This document shows positions 12,694-26,326 of a DNA stretch of 64,000 nucleotides, piece after piece. Source of the stretch: Octopus bimaculoides (Eukaryota); the NCBI RefSeq assembly GCF_001194135.2, contig NC_068981.1, positions 80,257,139 to 80,321,138 of the forward strand. The letters run 5' to 3'. Numbering within the stretch: the stretch's first letter is position 1; each line of letters begins with the position of its first letter. The notes under the pieces were generated by a model, which was not told the origin of the DNA, searched no databases, and was given only the letters and a program-made list of their open reading frames with translations. Made by a program: the position numbers and the translations under genes.

Positions 12694-12929
12694 TTAATCC
12701 TTTAACTTTTTAACTAGCCAAATCCAATACAAATATCTCCATCCCCTGTTTATGTTCAATCTGGCCAGGTCCAGCCTGTCTCACCTGCCCTACGATTTCA
12801 TTCTAAAAATAAACACTCACATCATCGAAATCACGAAGTGATTGAAATCATGAGATAATGCATGATTAATTCAAGCCATTGTGTATAAATGTTACATTTG
12901 ATAGAGTAATCTGAATGCCAGAGAGTTAA
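12694..12929 (-). mobile_element. MITE family P1 copy
   Basis: Reverse complement of 14576-14803, ending ctgaatgccagagagttaa. Confidence 0.75.
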
Positions 12930-14575
12930 ATATTAGTATTTATGCTTACTAAGGATTTTTCAATGATGGTTATGAATGAGATGAGAATCTTAACATTTTG
13001 GTAAGGACTTTGCTTTGAAGAATAAGAAGAGACGGGTAGATCTTGGTCATGATAAATCTTTGTTTGTTCTAAAATTCTGAAAAATTGCTGATAGAGAATA
13101 CCATTAGATCAGTTGATTAGATGTATGTGTTTGTAATGGTGTGTGCATGTGTATCAACATGTAGGAGGTACCATATTTATAAAATACTTTTTATGTTATG
13201 GTGTCTTGACTGTTAAAATTCAGTGGGTGTTAAAAATGAGAATTGCCTTGATGTAAGGATACTGTGTTATCAAACTAGGAAATGTTGTTTTGGCACTTGA
13301 TGATCTGTAAATATGGTGAATCTATTTAGCTAGGTGTCCCAAAGGTAGCTTTAACCATAGTTATTTGGAATTTTGGCTTGATATTTCAAACTTACTGAGG
13401 CAAGAAAGTTTCTACATGCACGCACATGCAACAGACTAGAAGTCTGACATCTCCCTTGATGACTATCAAAAGTATAACCAGTAAAACTATACTTTATAAC
13501 AATATTGCAAGCGAATGCATTTTAAATCAAGGTATTTTATAGAAAATGAATCCATTTTATTTATAGTAATCTTCATGTTCTATCTTTAGGACTGATAAAA
13601 TCTGATATATTGAAGTTGCTAGAATGGTGTTGTTTTTATTGAAAACATAACTAAAACATAACACAAAGAAAGAATAGATGATGGTCAATCAAAAATATAA
13701 ATATACTTTCCTTCTTTATAATGAGTATTTTAATTTAAAAAGTTTTTTAATGATTTAATTTTAATGTGTACTTATTTGAATGTCCATGCAGATAAAACTG
13801 CACATGACTACTGACCAAACAGACTACATTTTTGTCAATACTAAGTACCCTTGCAGAAAAAATATTGTTACATTTGTTCCCTACATGTTGGCCCTCTACA
13901 TGTTCTTTAAACACACACACAAAAAAAAAACACCTTTTAGACTCTTTAGTTTAATTTTTTCACTAGTATTTACCACAGCCAGCAATTACTGGAAAAAATT
14001 TTGGTCATTTAAAAATTGTCGTATTTATGTTATCCATAGGAAGGCCAACCACTCTGGCTCTGCCTATTAGTAACCAATTGCTTTCCTATCCAACATCTCA
14101 AAAGTGATGGATAAAAATTACCTTGAATATTTTTTCTCTCCAGTGGCCACCAATATATTTTCCACAGACACTCTGTCTCCTCACATACCGATGGTATCTT
14201 GCCTTTTGAGAATTGTAGTGAAAATAACTCTGTTGCTTTGTTATCAACACATCTTCCAACTGTGTCTCATCTATCACTAATCATCTGGACCAGAAGCTTC
14301 CTGTATGGTTAGTCATTCTACAGATGTGTGTGTATGTGTACTGGTAGAGCCCTATTCAACATTCTCTCTCATCTTTGGTGTTTCTCAGAAACTAGTTGTT
14401 ATATATATATCCCACATTCTTTCTTTTTTTTTAACAACTTTCATGTTGTTGCATCTATTTCACAGTCTTATGTTGAAGATTCTATTCTCTATATATTCCC
14501 CATTCATATAAAATCTCAGTACTACTAATGGATGTAAAAGTCTTTGATAATACTTCTGAGAGATTTAGTTTTGTA

Positions 14576-14803
14576 TTAACCCATTAGCATTCAGATTACT
14601 CTGTCAAATGTAATGCATATTTACTCACATTGGCTTGAATTAATCATGCATTATCTCATAGCTTTGAGATTTCATTAATGTAATTGTTTATTTTTGGAAT
14701 GACATTCAAGGGTAGATGTAAGAGGCTGTATCTGACCACTTTGGACATAAAACAGGTAGAATATTTGGGCCTGACATGGTTGGTTTAAATGCTAAGAGGT
14801 CAA
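14576..14803 (+). mobile_element. TTAA-flanked piggyBac-type MITE family P1 (about 228 bp)
   Basis: Ends ttaacccattagcatt...aaatgctaagaggtcaa. Homologous copies at 12694-12929 (-), 16537-16761 (-), 24776-25003 (+), 56215-56438 (-), and partial at about 18800-18945. Confidence 0.75.
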
Positions 14804-15164
14804 TGTAATGTTCCTTTTAGAATCCTCTCTCTATCCATTTGCAGTTTGTTGTGAATCTATTATATCTACAGAAAGGCTTGATGAAATAGTATTATTGCTT
14901 TTACTGAATAGACATGAAACCTAAGATTTTCTTGGATGACAAATGGTCTTTGCACTTTTCAAAAGCAGCAAAGTAACTGAAGTGAAATAACTACTTCTGG
15001 GGATCAAAAATGAATTATAGATGTAACTTACTGGATCCTCATTTTTTATTTTTCTGTAACAGTAATAAATAGTTTATCCTTATCTAATACAAGTCAAAGT
15101 TAACAAATTCACCATTCAAAATAGTTACAGCCTAATGGGAGATAATTGAGAAAGACTTGAAAGT

Positions 15165-15396
15165 TAATGTAAGATCATAATCGTGTAAAGTAAATATAAC
15201 AAATAATCAGGACTCTTTGTCTGGTACCAGATCGATCCAAAAATCTAATCAGTTCATGCCAGTCACAAGGTCAAGCATCCCTGAAAGTTTCATCCGAATC
15301 TATCAAGTGGTTCTAGGGATATCTTGTCCATGGACAAACAAAATAAACAAACATGACTAAAAACAATACCTCCACCTTCGCTAAGGTGGAGGTAAT
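15165..15396 (+). mobile_element. Putative non-autonomous Helitron/Helentron-like (DINE-1/HINE-type) element with a 3' hairpin
   Basis: Perfect 12-bp stem tacctccacctt-cgct-aaggtggaggta (15367-15394) followed by (TAA)n. The internal gaaagtttcatccgaatctatcaagtggttctagggatatc block resembles such elements. Class assignment is inference. Confidence 0.45.
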
Positions 15397-15434
15397 AATA
15401 TAATAATAATAATAATTAATATTGATAATAATTA

Positions 15435-15820
15435 TTTTGAATTTTGGCACACGGCCAGCAATTTTAAGAGATGGGTGAATCAGTTACATTAACCCCAGTA
15501 CTAGACTGGTTCTTTATTTTTATTGATCCCTAAAAGGATGTAAGACAAATTTGACCTCAATGGGATTTGAACTCAAAACATAAAGAGCTAGAAAAAATGC
15601 CACTAATCATTTTGTCCAGTGCACCAACCTGCCACAATTAGTAGTAATAATAACAATAATCCTTTCTACTATAAGCACAAGGCTTGGTACTTAATTTATC
15701 AACCCCAAAAGGATGAAAGGCAAAGTTAACCTTGGTGGAATTTGAACTTAGAATGTAAAGCTGGGAGAAATGCCACTAAGCATTTTATCCAGTATGTCTG
15801 CAATTCTGTCAGCTTGGCAT
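15435..15820 (-). mobile_element. Two tandem SINE family B copies (the second is partial)
   Basis: Both contain the reverse-complement core (...accccaaaaggatgaaaggcaaagtt...gaatttgaact...). Confidence 0.75.
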
Positions 15821-16536
15821 CATTCATCGTCATCATTGTCATAGTAGCAGCAGTAGCAGTAGTAACTCAGGAAAAGTTTATAAAAAAGAAAAAGACCACC
15901 CAAGTCCACCTCATGTCTAAACACATTGTGGATTGAATATTGAAAAACTTTTGACAGTACACCACACTTCTGGATATTGGAGACATAATACACAAACAAA
16001 GCAGTTCCAGTAGTAAAACAGTATATCAACTACACCATGTCAAAATGGAAAATGTCAGTAATAGTGCATGATAAAGAGATGATAAAAACAGCCCTATCCT
16101 CATGATAGGAATTTTTTCAGAGAGGTTCCTTGTTATCCTTTGTACTGTTCTGTTTAGATCTGACTCCATTAAGAAATCTGCTGAATCAAACAACTAACAG
16201 TAACAAAGTCTATATACAAAGTATAAACCATCTCATTCTGGATGCTTTGAAAGTATATGCATGCAAGAGCCAGCAGAAGATACTAAAAACTGAAAGTGAA
16301 TTCAGCTGAGCTGTCAAAATTTGTAGAACTAGAAAATGTGGTGAAGATACTCTAAGAAGATCTAGATTAATTCATACGTTTAAAAAGTGAAGTTAAATTT
16401 AGATACTGAAATCAGAGAATTAGAAGAGACCACTCACACAATTATTCAGTAGTGGAGGAAACTGATAAAGAAATAAAGGGGAAATATGAAAAGAAAACTC
16501 CTAGTTAGGAAAATTAGAAAATAGTTGGACTAATAT

Positions 16537-16761
16537 TTAACTCATTAGCTTTTAAACCAGCCATATCTGGCCTAAATATTCTACCTGTTTTATGTTCAAA
16601 CTGGCCAAATCCAGCTTCTTACACCAACTCTACAAAGTTATTCTAAAAATAAATAATCCCATTGAAATCTCAAATGTACAAGGTAATGCATGATTAATTC
16701 AAACTGCTGTGAATAAATATGCTTTACATTTGATAGTGCCATCTGAATGCTAAGGAGTTAA
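16537..16761 (-). mobile_element. MITE family P1 copy
   Basis: ttaactcattagcttttaaaccagcc...ctgaatgctaaggagttaa. Confidence 0.75.
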
Positions 16762-17060
16762 ACACTAAACATTATGTCAGAAATAAGATAATAGGAATAA
16801 ATTTGTGAGCTACTCCCATTCATATAGCTTCAACACATATAAAGAAGAAAGAACTTAATACAAATAGAGAGCTATTACTAAGTAATCCAAGTGGATCTAT
16901 GAAAATACTCAGGAGCAAACAGGGAGAAAGCAAAAATCATTTCTCTATTTGGGTACAGGTATGGGCTTGTGCATACGAATTTGCTTTGCAGCTACCTGGT
17001 TCAGGATCTTAGTGTCTTCTTTCAAAGATTCTGGTTTGTCAAAAGCCTTAAGTGACATTG

Positions 17061-17100
17061 AAGAAAAGACTGTTTTCTCTGCAGAAAACAGTCTTTTCTT
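17061..17100. repeat. Perfect 18-bp hairpin with a 4-nt loop
   Basis: aagaaaagactgttttct-ctgc-agaaaacagtcttttctt. Confidence 0.95.
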
Positions 17101-17289
17101 TAATGCTATGTTAATTCCCTGAAATTATCTTCCCTTTTCCTTTGGGGTCAGTTACAGTTGCTGTTAATTGTTTGTCTACCTTTTCATGAAAAGTGAAGAT
17201 TGTTTAATATATCAAGAGTTTATTTTGAATGATATTTAGTGTACCTTTTTCTCATCTTTGTTGTCCACTGGCCATTCTGATTTGAAAGT

Positions 17290-17662
17290 ATGCCCTGACA
17301 TCTTTGCCACCATCCTCTTCTTTCAACTGGGGTAATTACGTATTTCCTCTACAGCAAGACACTCTTCCTATCCCCCTATATTTCAAGGCATCATCGCCTA
17401 ACATAAAGCCACCTCCTTCAATATTGTCCCCCCCCCCATTCAGTTAAGGGGTCTTATCTTGTGAGTTACTTGTTAACCTGTGCTGCACAAAAAGAGCACC
17501 TAGTTCATGTCATAAAGTGGTTGATATTAGGAAGGGCATCCAGTCATAAAAAACATTCCAAAGCAGACAGTAGAGCTTGGCACAATCCTCTGATTTACCA
17601 GCCCCTGTTAAACCATCCAACTTATGCCAGCATGGAAAATGGATATTAAATGATGATGATGA
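17290..17662 (+). mobile_element. Family C retroposon with CT-rich 5' body
   Basis: Same 3' block ending taaatgatgatgatg. Confidence 0.7.
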
Positions 17663-18159
17663 ATATGCATTTATGTATATCAGTGACAAATGGTAATATT
17701 GGTTGTGTATCAAACAAATATCTTGAGGTATTTGGCTGTCTTTTTACACTCATGACAATTTTACCTTAATACAATAAATACTGGACTGACTATCAAAGCT
17801 GATATAATTGTATAAAGCTTTTAAAGCTGGTGCCTCAACATGACTGCTGTCCAATAACTGTAAACAATAAAATCATACCATTATTAATATATAAGGAAAC
17901 AAGAGGTTAATTACACTGATGAGAAAGATTTTAACTATAGACAAATATAATTAAAGTGAACTTTAAAAAAAAGTTTTTTAAAAGAATTGGGAGATAATAG
18001 GTAAGCCTATATCCTACAAGTGAACTAGTATAAAATCTAGAAAAGGACTCAGTTAAAAGCTCTGGTCACATGATAGAAATTGAAGATCAATGCCTTGTTA
18101 CAAATAAAAGAAAAAAAAGAAAAATTCACAAAAAATAATAAATCTACTAAAATATAATA

Positions 18160-18377
18160 GTTTCAAATTTTGGCATGAGACCAACAAGTTTAGGGGAGTA
18201 GGTAAGTCAATTACATTGATCCCAGCACTCAGCAGGTTCTCATTCTATCAATCCAAAAATGATGAAAGTCAAAGATGACCTTGGCAAAATTTGAATTCAG
18301 AATGTATTTAAGTGTTGGAAGAAATGCCACTTAACATTTTGTCTGATGTGCTGATGATTCTACCAGCTTGCTACTTT
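18160..18377 (-). mobile_element. SINE family B copy with 16-nt TSD aatctactaaaatata
   Basis: Family core present. TSD copies at about 18141 and 18378. Confidence 0.8.
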
Positions 18378-19299
18378 AATCTACTAAAATATAGTAATAA
18401 AACTAGAGATTAATGTCAGTTGTAGATGATGCAGTCAATGTAAAGAAATATTCAGTCACATCATTTCTTGCTGTTCAGTCCTCTGAAAGACAAAACATAT
18501 CCACAGACATAACCTGGTAGGCATGTTACAAGCATTTATTAAACCTTAATTTATATCTCTTGGATAATATATAGACACTTCAACATACATTTAGAATAAG
18601 TGATATAAGCATTGCATTATACCCAGTCTATGTCAATGACTTACCAACGAAAATCTGGGGCATGGTTGTCCAAATAATATTGTTGAATGTTTTATTGAAA
18701 TAACAAACATTGCTTTCTATTGTAATGTCTTTGTATATCAGCATTATATAATGTTTGAGTAACTGAGATTAAGATTATGAATTTTCATGCCTTTCTACCT
18801 TTTATCATTCGGATTGCTTTGTCAAATGTAATGCTTATATAATACATGTAACTGTTTTTTAGAGTGACATACTAGGATAGGTATGAGATGCCTGATCTAG
18901 CAGTTCAAACATAAAGCAGATAAAATATTTGGAGTTTATATTCTAAAGGGCTGAGCAACTTTTTCACTACACTACCAGCTTTGTATCTGTTTCTGGTGCT
19001 TGTAGAGGTAGTATTATATTTTGAAGAATGAAAATGTCTAGATGTTATATCTACTTTATTGTGCTGGAAACTGTTTTATTATATCTTACGATAGTTTAGT
19101 TTGTTCTTGTTTGCTGTGAAAATGTTAGTGTTTGGAGTTGACTGTGTAGAATATATACTGTGTGATTTATGTCACTGAATTGAAAATGTGTTGAATAGAA
19201 TATGTTGTGCCTATTTTGTAGAGGAATTACTTTGTATTGTATAAAAAATTGTAAATTCTGCTTTATTTTATTTTAAAGCTACAGTGGGTTTTTTTTTTC

Positions 19300-19760
19300 T
19301 TTTTTGGTGTGGAGAGAGTTCTTTTATCACTCCAATTGCACTGATTACTGTTTATGTGGTCTTATTGCTTACCTTCACCTTAAGGTCCTTGTACTTGGAC
19401 AGATTTTTTTACTTCCTCCCTGGCAATGTTTTTGATAGGAATAAATCAAGATGTGTAACATAGCTTTCCCGTCTTTTGTAGTTTGGATAATCGCATTCCA
19501 GATTCTTGTAACAATGTCCTTTACATGTATTGAGTTTGATACATTCTTCTATTAATCCTTAGTTTCATGTTGAAGTGTCTACCCAATAGATATAGTAACC
19601 TACATGTTCATGCATGTGGGTATATTTTGGCTTTCAGAGTACTAAGCTACTGGAAATGATGTAGTTTGTTGATTAATTGAAAAAACAAACACTATTCATA
19701 TTTCATGTCATTTGTTTTCATGTAGAGATTTAAGAGTAGTTTTCTGTGGAAGGATCCATT
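19300..19760 (-). mobile_element. Degraded R4/Dong-like 3' fragment
   Basis: Minus-strand remnants HVGYYIYW and KKLSKYKDLKVKV...VISAIGVIK resemble the R4-clade HxxVxxxIHW and EKxxKYxDL...IGALG motifs. Many disruptions. Confidence 0.5.
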
Positions 19761-20319
19761 GTTGGCTCTGCAAGCTACTAGCAAACTACTTGTCTGTTAT
19801 ACAACTCCTCTCCAGTTCTTACAATGATGTTATGTACCTAATAAAGAAACTTATTTGCAATTTAGTGGACTGAAGCATTATTATGAGTCTGTTGTAGTTA
19901 CCAGTAACACAGTATACAACACCAATGACAATTTAAACCACTGACCAAACAGCTTATCACCATTTTGATGCAGCCAGCTACAGTTTTGTATGTACGTACA
20001 TGCAATTTTATACAACCTAAAATTGCTGCATGTAGGTCTTGGTGTTGTTTAGTCCCAGTTCAACCCTACTTAAGTAGACCTATGATCAAAGAGATTCAAG
20101 CTATGACAATCCTGTGACTTTAGGGCTGTCTAGAACTACATTGTCTAACGTATCTGTCGCATTCTTTTTTAAATATGGCAGAGTATGGTTTGTGGCCGAT
20201 TTAAATGATATTTAAAGTCAAAGGACTATTTGTAAGCTTTTTCATTGGCTCATGGATATTTCATTAGCTTTAATGGAACAGAGTTAGAGTTAATATATGC
20301 TTATAGAATATAAAGCAGT

Positions 20320-20515
20320 GAGCTGGCAGAATTGTTTGCATACCAAACAAAATGCTTAGTGGCACTTCAGCCATCTTTACATTCTGAGTCTAAATTCTAC
20401 CAAGGCCAACTTAGCCTTTCATCCTTTTGGAGTTGATAAAATAAGTACCAGTTGAGTCCTGGGGCTGACGTATTCGACTTACCCTGTTCCCGATACTTGC
20501 TGGCCTTGTACCAAT
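20320..20515 (+). mobile_element. SINE family B copy
   Basis: gagctggcagaattg...cctttcatccttttggagttgataaaataagtaccag...gctggccttgtacc. Confidence 0.8.
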
Positions 20516-20963
20516 ATATGTGTATGGAGTATATTTTTAAAGTATTTTCTGCTGACACTGAAATTATATTTGACTCAAATAAAATAATAAATCTTATGCA
20601 GTTTTAGATTTTATTGTTATGTAAAAGTATAGCAAGTAGGAATGGTTGCATTCTTTGCTTATGTTGAGAATGAATTAATTCTAAATTTGCTAATCATTTT
20701 TCAGAGGACAACTTGGGGAAGAATATTTTGGTATTTGGTATTACACATTAGTTGTTATATGCTGTTTTATGTCTATTTGACTATATAAATATACTGATGC
20801 AGTAAATTTAAAATGTTTGTGTATGTTTGTGTCTGAGTGTACAGGCATCTTAAAACATTCAACATCCCTACATGATATAAAAGCATGATAAACAATAATA
20901 ACCAAATTCAAAATTCTTTGCACAATCTTTGTTTATTACATCAAACATTCCCTTTTTTAATAG

Positions 20964-21125
20964 GATCTCCTTGTATATATTGCCAAAGAAGGTGTCACAA
21001 CAACTGACTTATTTCGGAGGCCAGGTAACCCTTATGATACCCGACGGATTGTCAAGCGCTTAGAAGAAGGAAAACCTGTGATATTTACCAATTATAACTT
21101 TTATACTCTGGCATCTGTTGTCAAG
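20964..21125 (+). CDS. RhoGAP-domain protein, exon B: DLLVYIAKEGVTTTDLFRRPGNPYDTRRIVKRLEEGKPVIFTNYNFYTLASVVK (arginine-finger exon)
   Basis: Acceptor cccttttttaatag| and donor AAG|gtaagg. 162 nt (54 codons), phase 0-0, no stops. LFRRPG matches the GIFRxxG arginine-finger motif (Arg codon CGG at 21015-21017). Confidence 0.93.
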
Positions 21126-23639
21126 GTAAGGATTCTAATTTTTTATTTTTTTCTCTTTTATCATTTCAGTTGAAGGAATTTTTTTTTTTTTCATCTTTTG
21201 AGAAATTGCTTTTATGATTGAAACACCATCCTACTGCTAAATAGGAACTTATGGTCAATTAGCCATGACAAATAAAGTATACAGTTATTTACTTTATTCA
21301 TGAGCATACAAGAGTTACATAAGGTTTGAACTTATGACTATGAAGTCACTGATCCAACAGCTTGAAATCAACAATTGTGCCGCATTTAACTTTATAAGTT
21401 ATTAAAATTTGTTGACAAACAAAAGATAAGTTTCTGTTTGCAATTCAACCTCACCCGTTGTGTCATTATTCTTATTTACTTTTTTTAATCTTCATAAATA
21501 TGTGGCTGTATTAAACTTCAAATATTTTTGAAAGGTCACATCACATTGTTTTTAAAAATTGTTTACGCCATCATTTCGATGTTTTAAAAATTCTTTCTTT
21601 CATATTGTTTCGCTTTGTTGATAGTTTGTTGTATTTTTGTATCGTGTAATTCAAAATATTTGTGAAATGTTCTTCCCTTAATAACTAGGAAGATATTTAA
21701 AATATTTGGTGAAATAATAAGCATTTGTCATTGTATCAGTTTCCTCCTTGCTAGTTTAGAAATTTGCAAGTTTGTTTTTTTATATGTTGATGGTTGCCCT
21801 TTTTACCATTTACTCCTAAATTGTGAAGTTGAAGCAGAATCTGTTTGTCTGTCAAATTTGCTAGAAGCAGTGTTATGTACAAGTTAAATGGTTGCAAGAA
21901 GAATTATGATTGAAAATTTTAAAAAATCAAACTAGTGTTCATTTTCTCACTTGTTCAATATCTTAGCTTATAAAAACTGTGACTCTGCATCCAATAAGAA
22001 ATAATGTGATTGAGTATTTCTACATAAGATTTTCTTACGTACAAATCATCTAAAATCATGATCATCATTCTTGGTTTGATACTTGCAAATGGAATTTGTT
22101 TCTGTGGCCAGATACCCTTTGCATCACCAACCCTCACCTGTTTCCAAGCAAAGTAATATCTCCCCATGGCCAGATATTTTTCATGGAAGACTAGAAGTGA
22201 GGGACTTCTGGATCTCAAGATGAGGAGGCACACACATGCGCATGCACACACACACACACGATTAATTCTTTCAGTTTCCATCTACCATACAACTTTCATT
22301 GGCCCAATGCTATAGTATAAAAACACTTTCCCAAGATGCCATGCAGTGGGAATGGTGCTAACAAAAAATATATATATAATTTATCATCTTGTGTGGTTAA
22401 GAAGTTTATGGCAATTTTCAAGGTAATTTTTTTTTTTTACAAAAAAATTATCTTCCATGCTGCAAAATACAGTAAATATGATATTATAAAATTAATATTG
22501 TGAGAAAAAAACCAACATGATTTAGCAATCTAAATTTATATCCATATTCAGATCTAAACCCCACAGCTTACCAGCCCTGGTCAAACCGTGCAACCCATGC
22601 CAGCATGGACAACAGATGTTAAATGATGATGATTCAATTCATAAAAAAAACATAAATATTCAAAATGACTACCAAATATTTTTCTTTTCTTCTAATCCAT
22701 CATGTATATAGGCCAAACTAAATGCTTCCTATGAATTTAGCAATCTTAATTTAGATTTTTTTTTTTTTCTTTTAGCTCTTGAAATTTATTTCCTTATTGA
22801 ATTTATTTAAAAATATAATGTAAATATTCAACATGACTACTAACTATTTCTGTTTTTTCTACTTCATCAAGTATATAGGTCAAATTAAATATTTCGTATT
22901 AATTTCTGCTTATGATTTATTGTTCTAACAAGGTTCTTTCGCATATATAACAGTTCTGTCTTGAAATAACTTGTGAACCAAAAGATTGAGTGGCTTTCTA
23001 TTATGTACTATTAAGGGACAATAAATTTAAACTCTAGATTAAAATTAGATCTTATATCAGAATGGTTAATTTCATTATTCAAATAGTTTTTTTTTGTTTG
23101 TTTGTTTTGTTTGTTTTTTTTAACACTGCACCAGTTTTTTGAAAAGATTGAAGTACAGATATTTGAATTGACTCTTGGATCTTAAAAGTGTGTTGTCAGT
23201 TTCCATAGAATGTAAAGAAAAGCTGTCTTCAATAGGATATGAAATTAGAACAGTGAAACATTAATCTAGTTATGGTGAAGCATCTAGTTTGGTCAACTCT
23301 GTCTTCTTTCTCTCCATGACCTTTATGTAAAGTTTTTTTTTATAAAAAATCAAAAAAAATCTGTGATTCGCTGCAAGAAACATAGATGCTACAAATTAAT
23401 GTATATTTTTACAAGACCATTTAATTATATCTTTCTAGAAGTGCTACTTAAAAAAAAAAAAAGAACTTCATTGTAGAACTTCATAGATATGTATTAAATT
23501 AATTTGCTTTAGCTATGTTGAAGCAAACAAAGATACTATTTGTATGAGCCACAGGCTCAAGATCGAGGTGGTTTTACTCTTTGCTAATTGAAGTATTTAC
23601 AACTAAAGCTTATTTAACTGGTTCTAATAATAATAGATC

Positions 23640-24000
23640 TTTTATCTTTTATTTGTTTCAGTCATTGGACTGTGGCCATACTGGACCTTCAAGGGTTCAG
23701 TCAAACATATCAACCCCAGTACTTATTTTAAAAGCTTGGTTTTTATTCTGTAGGTCTCTTTCGCCAGACCACTAAGTTATGGCGCCATAAACAAACCAAC
23801 ACCAATTTTCAAGCACTGGTAGCAAACACATATGCAGAAACACACACACACACAACAGGTTTCTTTCGGTTTCTGTCAACCAAATCCACTCACAAGAATT
23901 TGGTTTGCCTGAAGCTATAGTAGAAGACACTTGCCCAAGGTGCTATGCAATATAACTAAACCTAGAACCATGTAACTGGAAACCAAATTCCTTACCATAC
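23640..24000 (-). mobile_element. Near full-length SINE family A copy
   Basis: Both the 3' block and the tRNA-like head are present, with (CA)n between them. Confidence 0.8.
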
Positions 24001-24775
24001 AAATTCCTGCCCCTAATCTTAAGTTTATTTTTGATTTTTGCTTTTATGCAGTTAATTTTTTCATGTTGATAATTCACATTGAACAGTCAGCTAATGATGA
24101 GGAGAAAACAAAAATTGTGGTACTCCAGCATGGCTGAAATCAATAGAAGAGTAATAAAAGAATATTTTTTTTGTGTGTTTTTAAAAGTAATCTGAATTTG
24201 TATTCTTTTTATTATCTCTATAAAATGTCATGTCTTTGATAGGACATAATGCTGTCAATAGAACCGTTCATGTCATTAATTTGAACGGTTTGACTTTCTT
24301 ATGCTTTTCTATGAATACAATGAAACTTTTTGGGAGAGCTTAATTCGACCTTGACATTTTTGGTGTATTTACTTATTTCAGTTAGGCTTCTGTCTCTGTA
24401 TATTGAGGCTCCTGCTTAAGCTGTTGGCAGTTTGCTGATAGATTTTTTACTATGCTGGGGATTTATCATTCACCAGCCTGTCATTAATATTAGAATCCAC
24501 CTTATTTTAATTACTTTTACTTTTGTTTCTGTCAAAAGGTGATACTTCATTGGACATTCTTTTGGAGTCTTTAAGTAGTTGACATTTAAAAGATTTTGTG
24601 TGTGTGTGTGTGTAGTATGATCTCTACCATTATTATCTTCTCATTCTTAATTTCTCTCCAATTATGTTGTTAGGTAATCCTGTCTATTGTATCTGAAATG
24701 TTATAAACATATAGCAGTTTAATGGCAACATTATATTAAGGCAATAGGTTCAAATTCTGCTATACGTAACCTTAA

Positions 24776-25003
24776 CTAACCTTTTAGCTTCCATATTACT
24801 CTGTCAAATGTAATATTTATTTATTAACATTGTTTTGAATTAATCATGTATTATCTCATAGCTTTAAGATTTCAAAGAAGTGATTATTTATATTTAAAAC
24901 GATGTTGTAGCATAGGGGTGAGAGGCTGGATCTGGCCCGTCTGAAGATAAAATAGGTAAAATATTTGGATCAGATTTGATCAGTTTAAATTCCAAAGAGT
25001 TAA
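24776..25003 (+). mobile_element. MITE family P1 copy
   Basis: ctaaccttttagc...ttactctgtcaaatgtaat...tttaaattccaaagagttaa. Confidence 0.75.
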
Positions 25004-25559
25004 GGCATGTTATTTGCTGTAGTCAAGCTGAGTATAGGTACAACTTTGACTCAAGAGATTGACATTAGGATACCATTCTTCATAATTTCCATTCTCTGTA
25101 GTTCCAATACTAAAATTTGAGAACTCTCCCAGCTCACATTGTGATTTTTAAAATTGTTAAGGATTCATCATATATACATGTGTTTGTCTCAGTGTTCGTT
25201 TACTTTTGTCCTTCTCTGAAAATTGCTGAGCTTATTAGTGGTGACATTGTTGTAACCTCCTTCTCTCAATAAATTATTTGCTGACTCTATTTTTGAAGCT
25301 GCATGACAAAGAAGAGCTCTCACTTGGAAACTGGTAATGGTTAGTCACAGAAGAGCATCCAACTGCAAAATAACATCACAATTTTATACTCATAGTAAAG
25401 CTGAGTTCTGGAAGCACTGTACATTCCACTCACACATAACATGTCATCTCCCTCTCTTGTCCTCCTACTGCCAACTGTATCATTGCTATCCTGTTGCTTC
25501 CCTATATACTTGTGTTTCGCCCCTCACTGCAGTCTCCTTTCCTTTCCCTGTCCCCCTTT

Positions 25560-25988
25560 TCATTCTCATGAGCTCACTGCTCATGCAATCCTCTATCATG
25601 CCTTTTACATTCACCTCCTTGTACCTTAAGGATATGCTCTGGCACATCACCACCATCTCTCTCTCTCATAACCCCCTTTTCTCCCCCTCTGAGATAACCA
25701 TGTATCTCTTCTACAGCAAGACACCAGTTTCTGTCCCTTTATCATAATTCATTCTCTGATCACTTGGCAGTTGAGGGATCTTGCATGTTACTTGGTGACC
25801 TCACTGGTGCCATGTAAAACAAGCTGTCAGTACACTTTATAAAGTGTTTGGCATTAGGAAGGGCATCCAGCCATAGAAAGCATACCAACGCATATAGTAG
25901 AACCTGGTGCAGTTCTCTGACTTGCCAGCTCCTGTCAAACCATCCAACCTATGCCAGCACAGAAGATGGATGCTAAATGATGATGATG
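25560..25988 (+). mobile_element. Family C retroposon with CT-rich 5' body
   Basis: ggcattaggaagggcatccagcc...aaatgatgatgatg. The pyrimidine-rich body produces the spurious ORFs at 25337-25747. Confidence 0.75.
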
Positions 25989-26216
25989 TGACTCATGCTA
26001 GCATGGGAATACAGAGAAACGAACAAAATGAATCAATATATATTTACACAAAATAAGCTTCTAACAGCTACTGTCTACCTGTTTCACTCATGAAACATTA
26101 AATATATCCATGTTATGTGTATATGTTTGTGTATTGTGTTATGTAATAGAATTTCACTTGAATAATTATCTGAAAATGGTTCCCTTAAGAAAGTATTTCT
26201 TTTTTGTTGTTTACAG

Positions 26217-26326
26217 AAATTTTTATTAAAATTACCAGGCGGCATTTTTACACCAAGCGGAGAAGAAAAATTGCTTGAAGTTCTTAACATGTCTGAATAT
26301 TCCGATCAGTGTCAGCATGTTAATCA
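26217..26326 (+). CDS. RhoGAP-domain protein, exon C: KFLLKLPGGIFTPSGEEKLLEVLNMSEYSDQCQHVN(Q)
   Basis: Acceptor tttttgttgtttacag| and donor CA|gtaagt. 110 nt, phase 0 to 2. With exon B it gives ASVVK-KFLLKLP, aligning to the RhoGAP ASLLKLFLRELP motif. Confidence 0.92.

Noticed and set aside
20705-20737. Possible in-frame 33-nt exon RTTWGRIFWYL between exons A and B
   Set aside because: Weak donor (gtatta), and it would interrupt the first helix of the RhoGAP domain, which aligns well without it.
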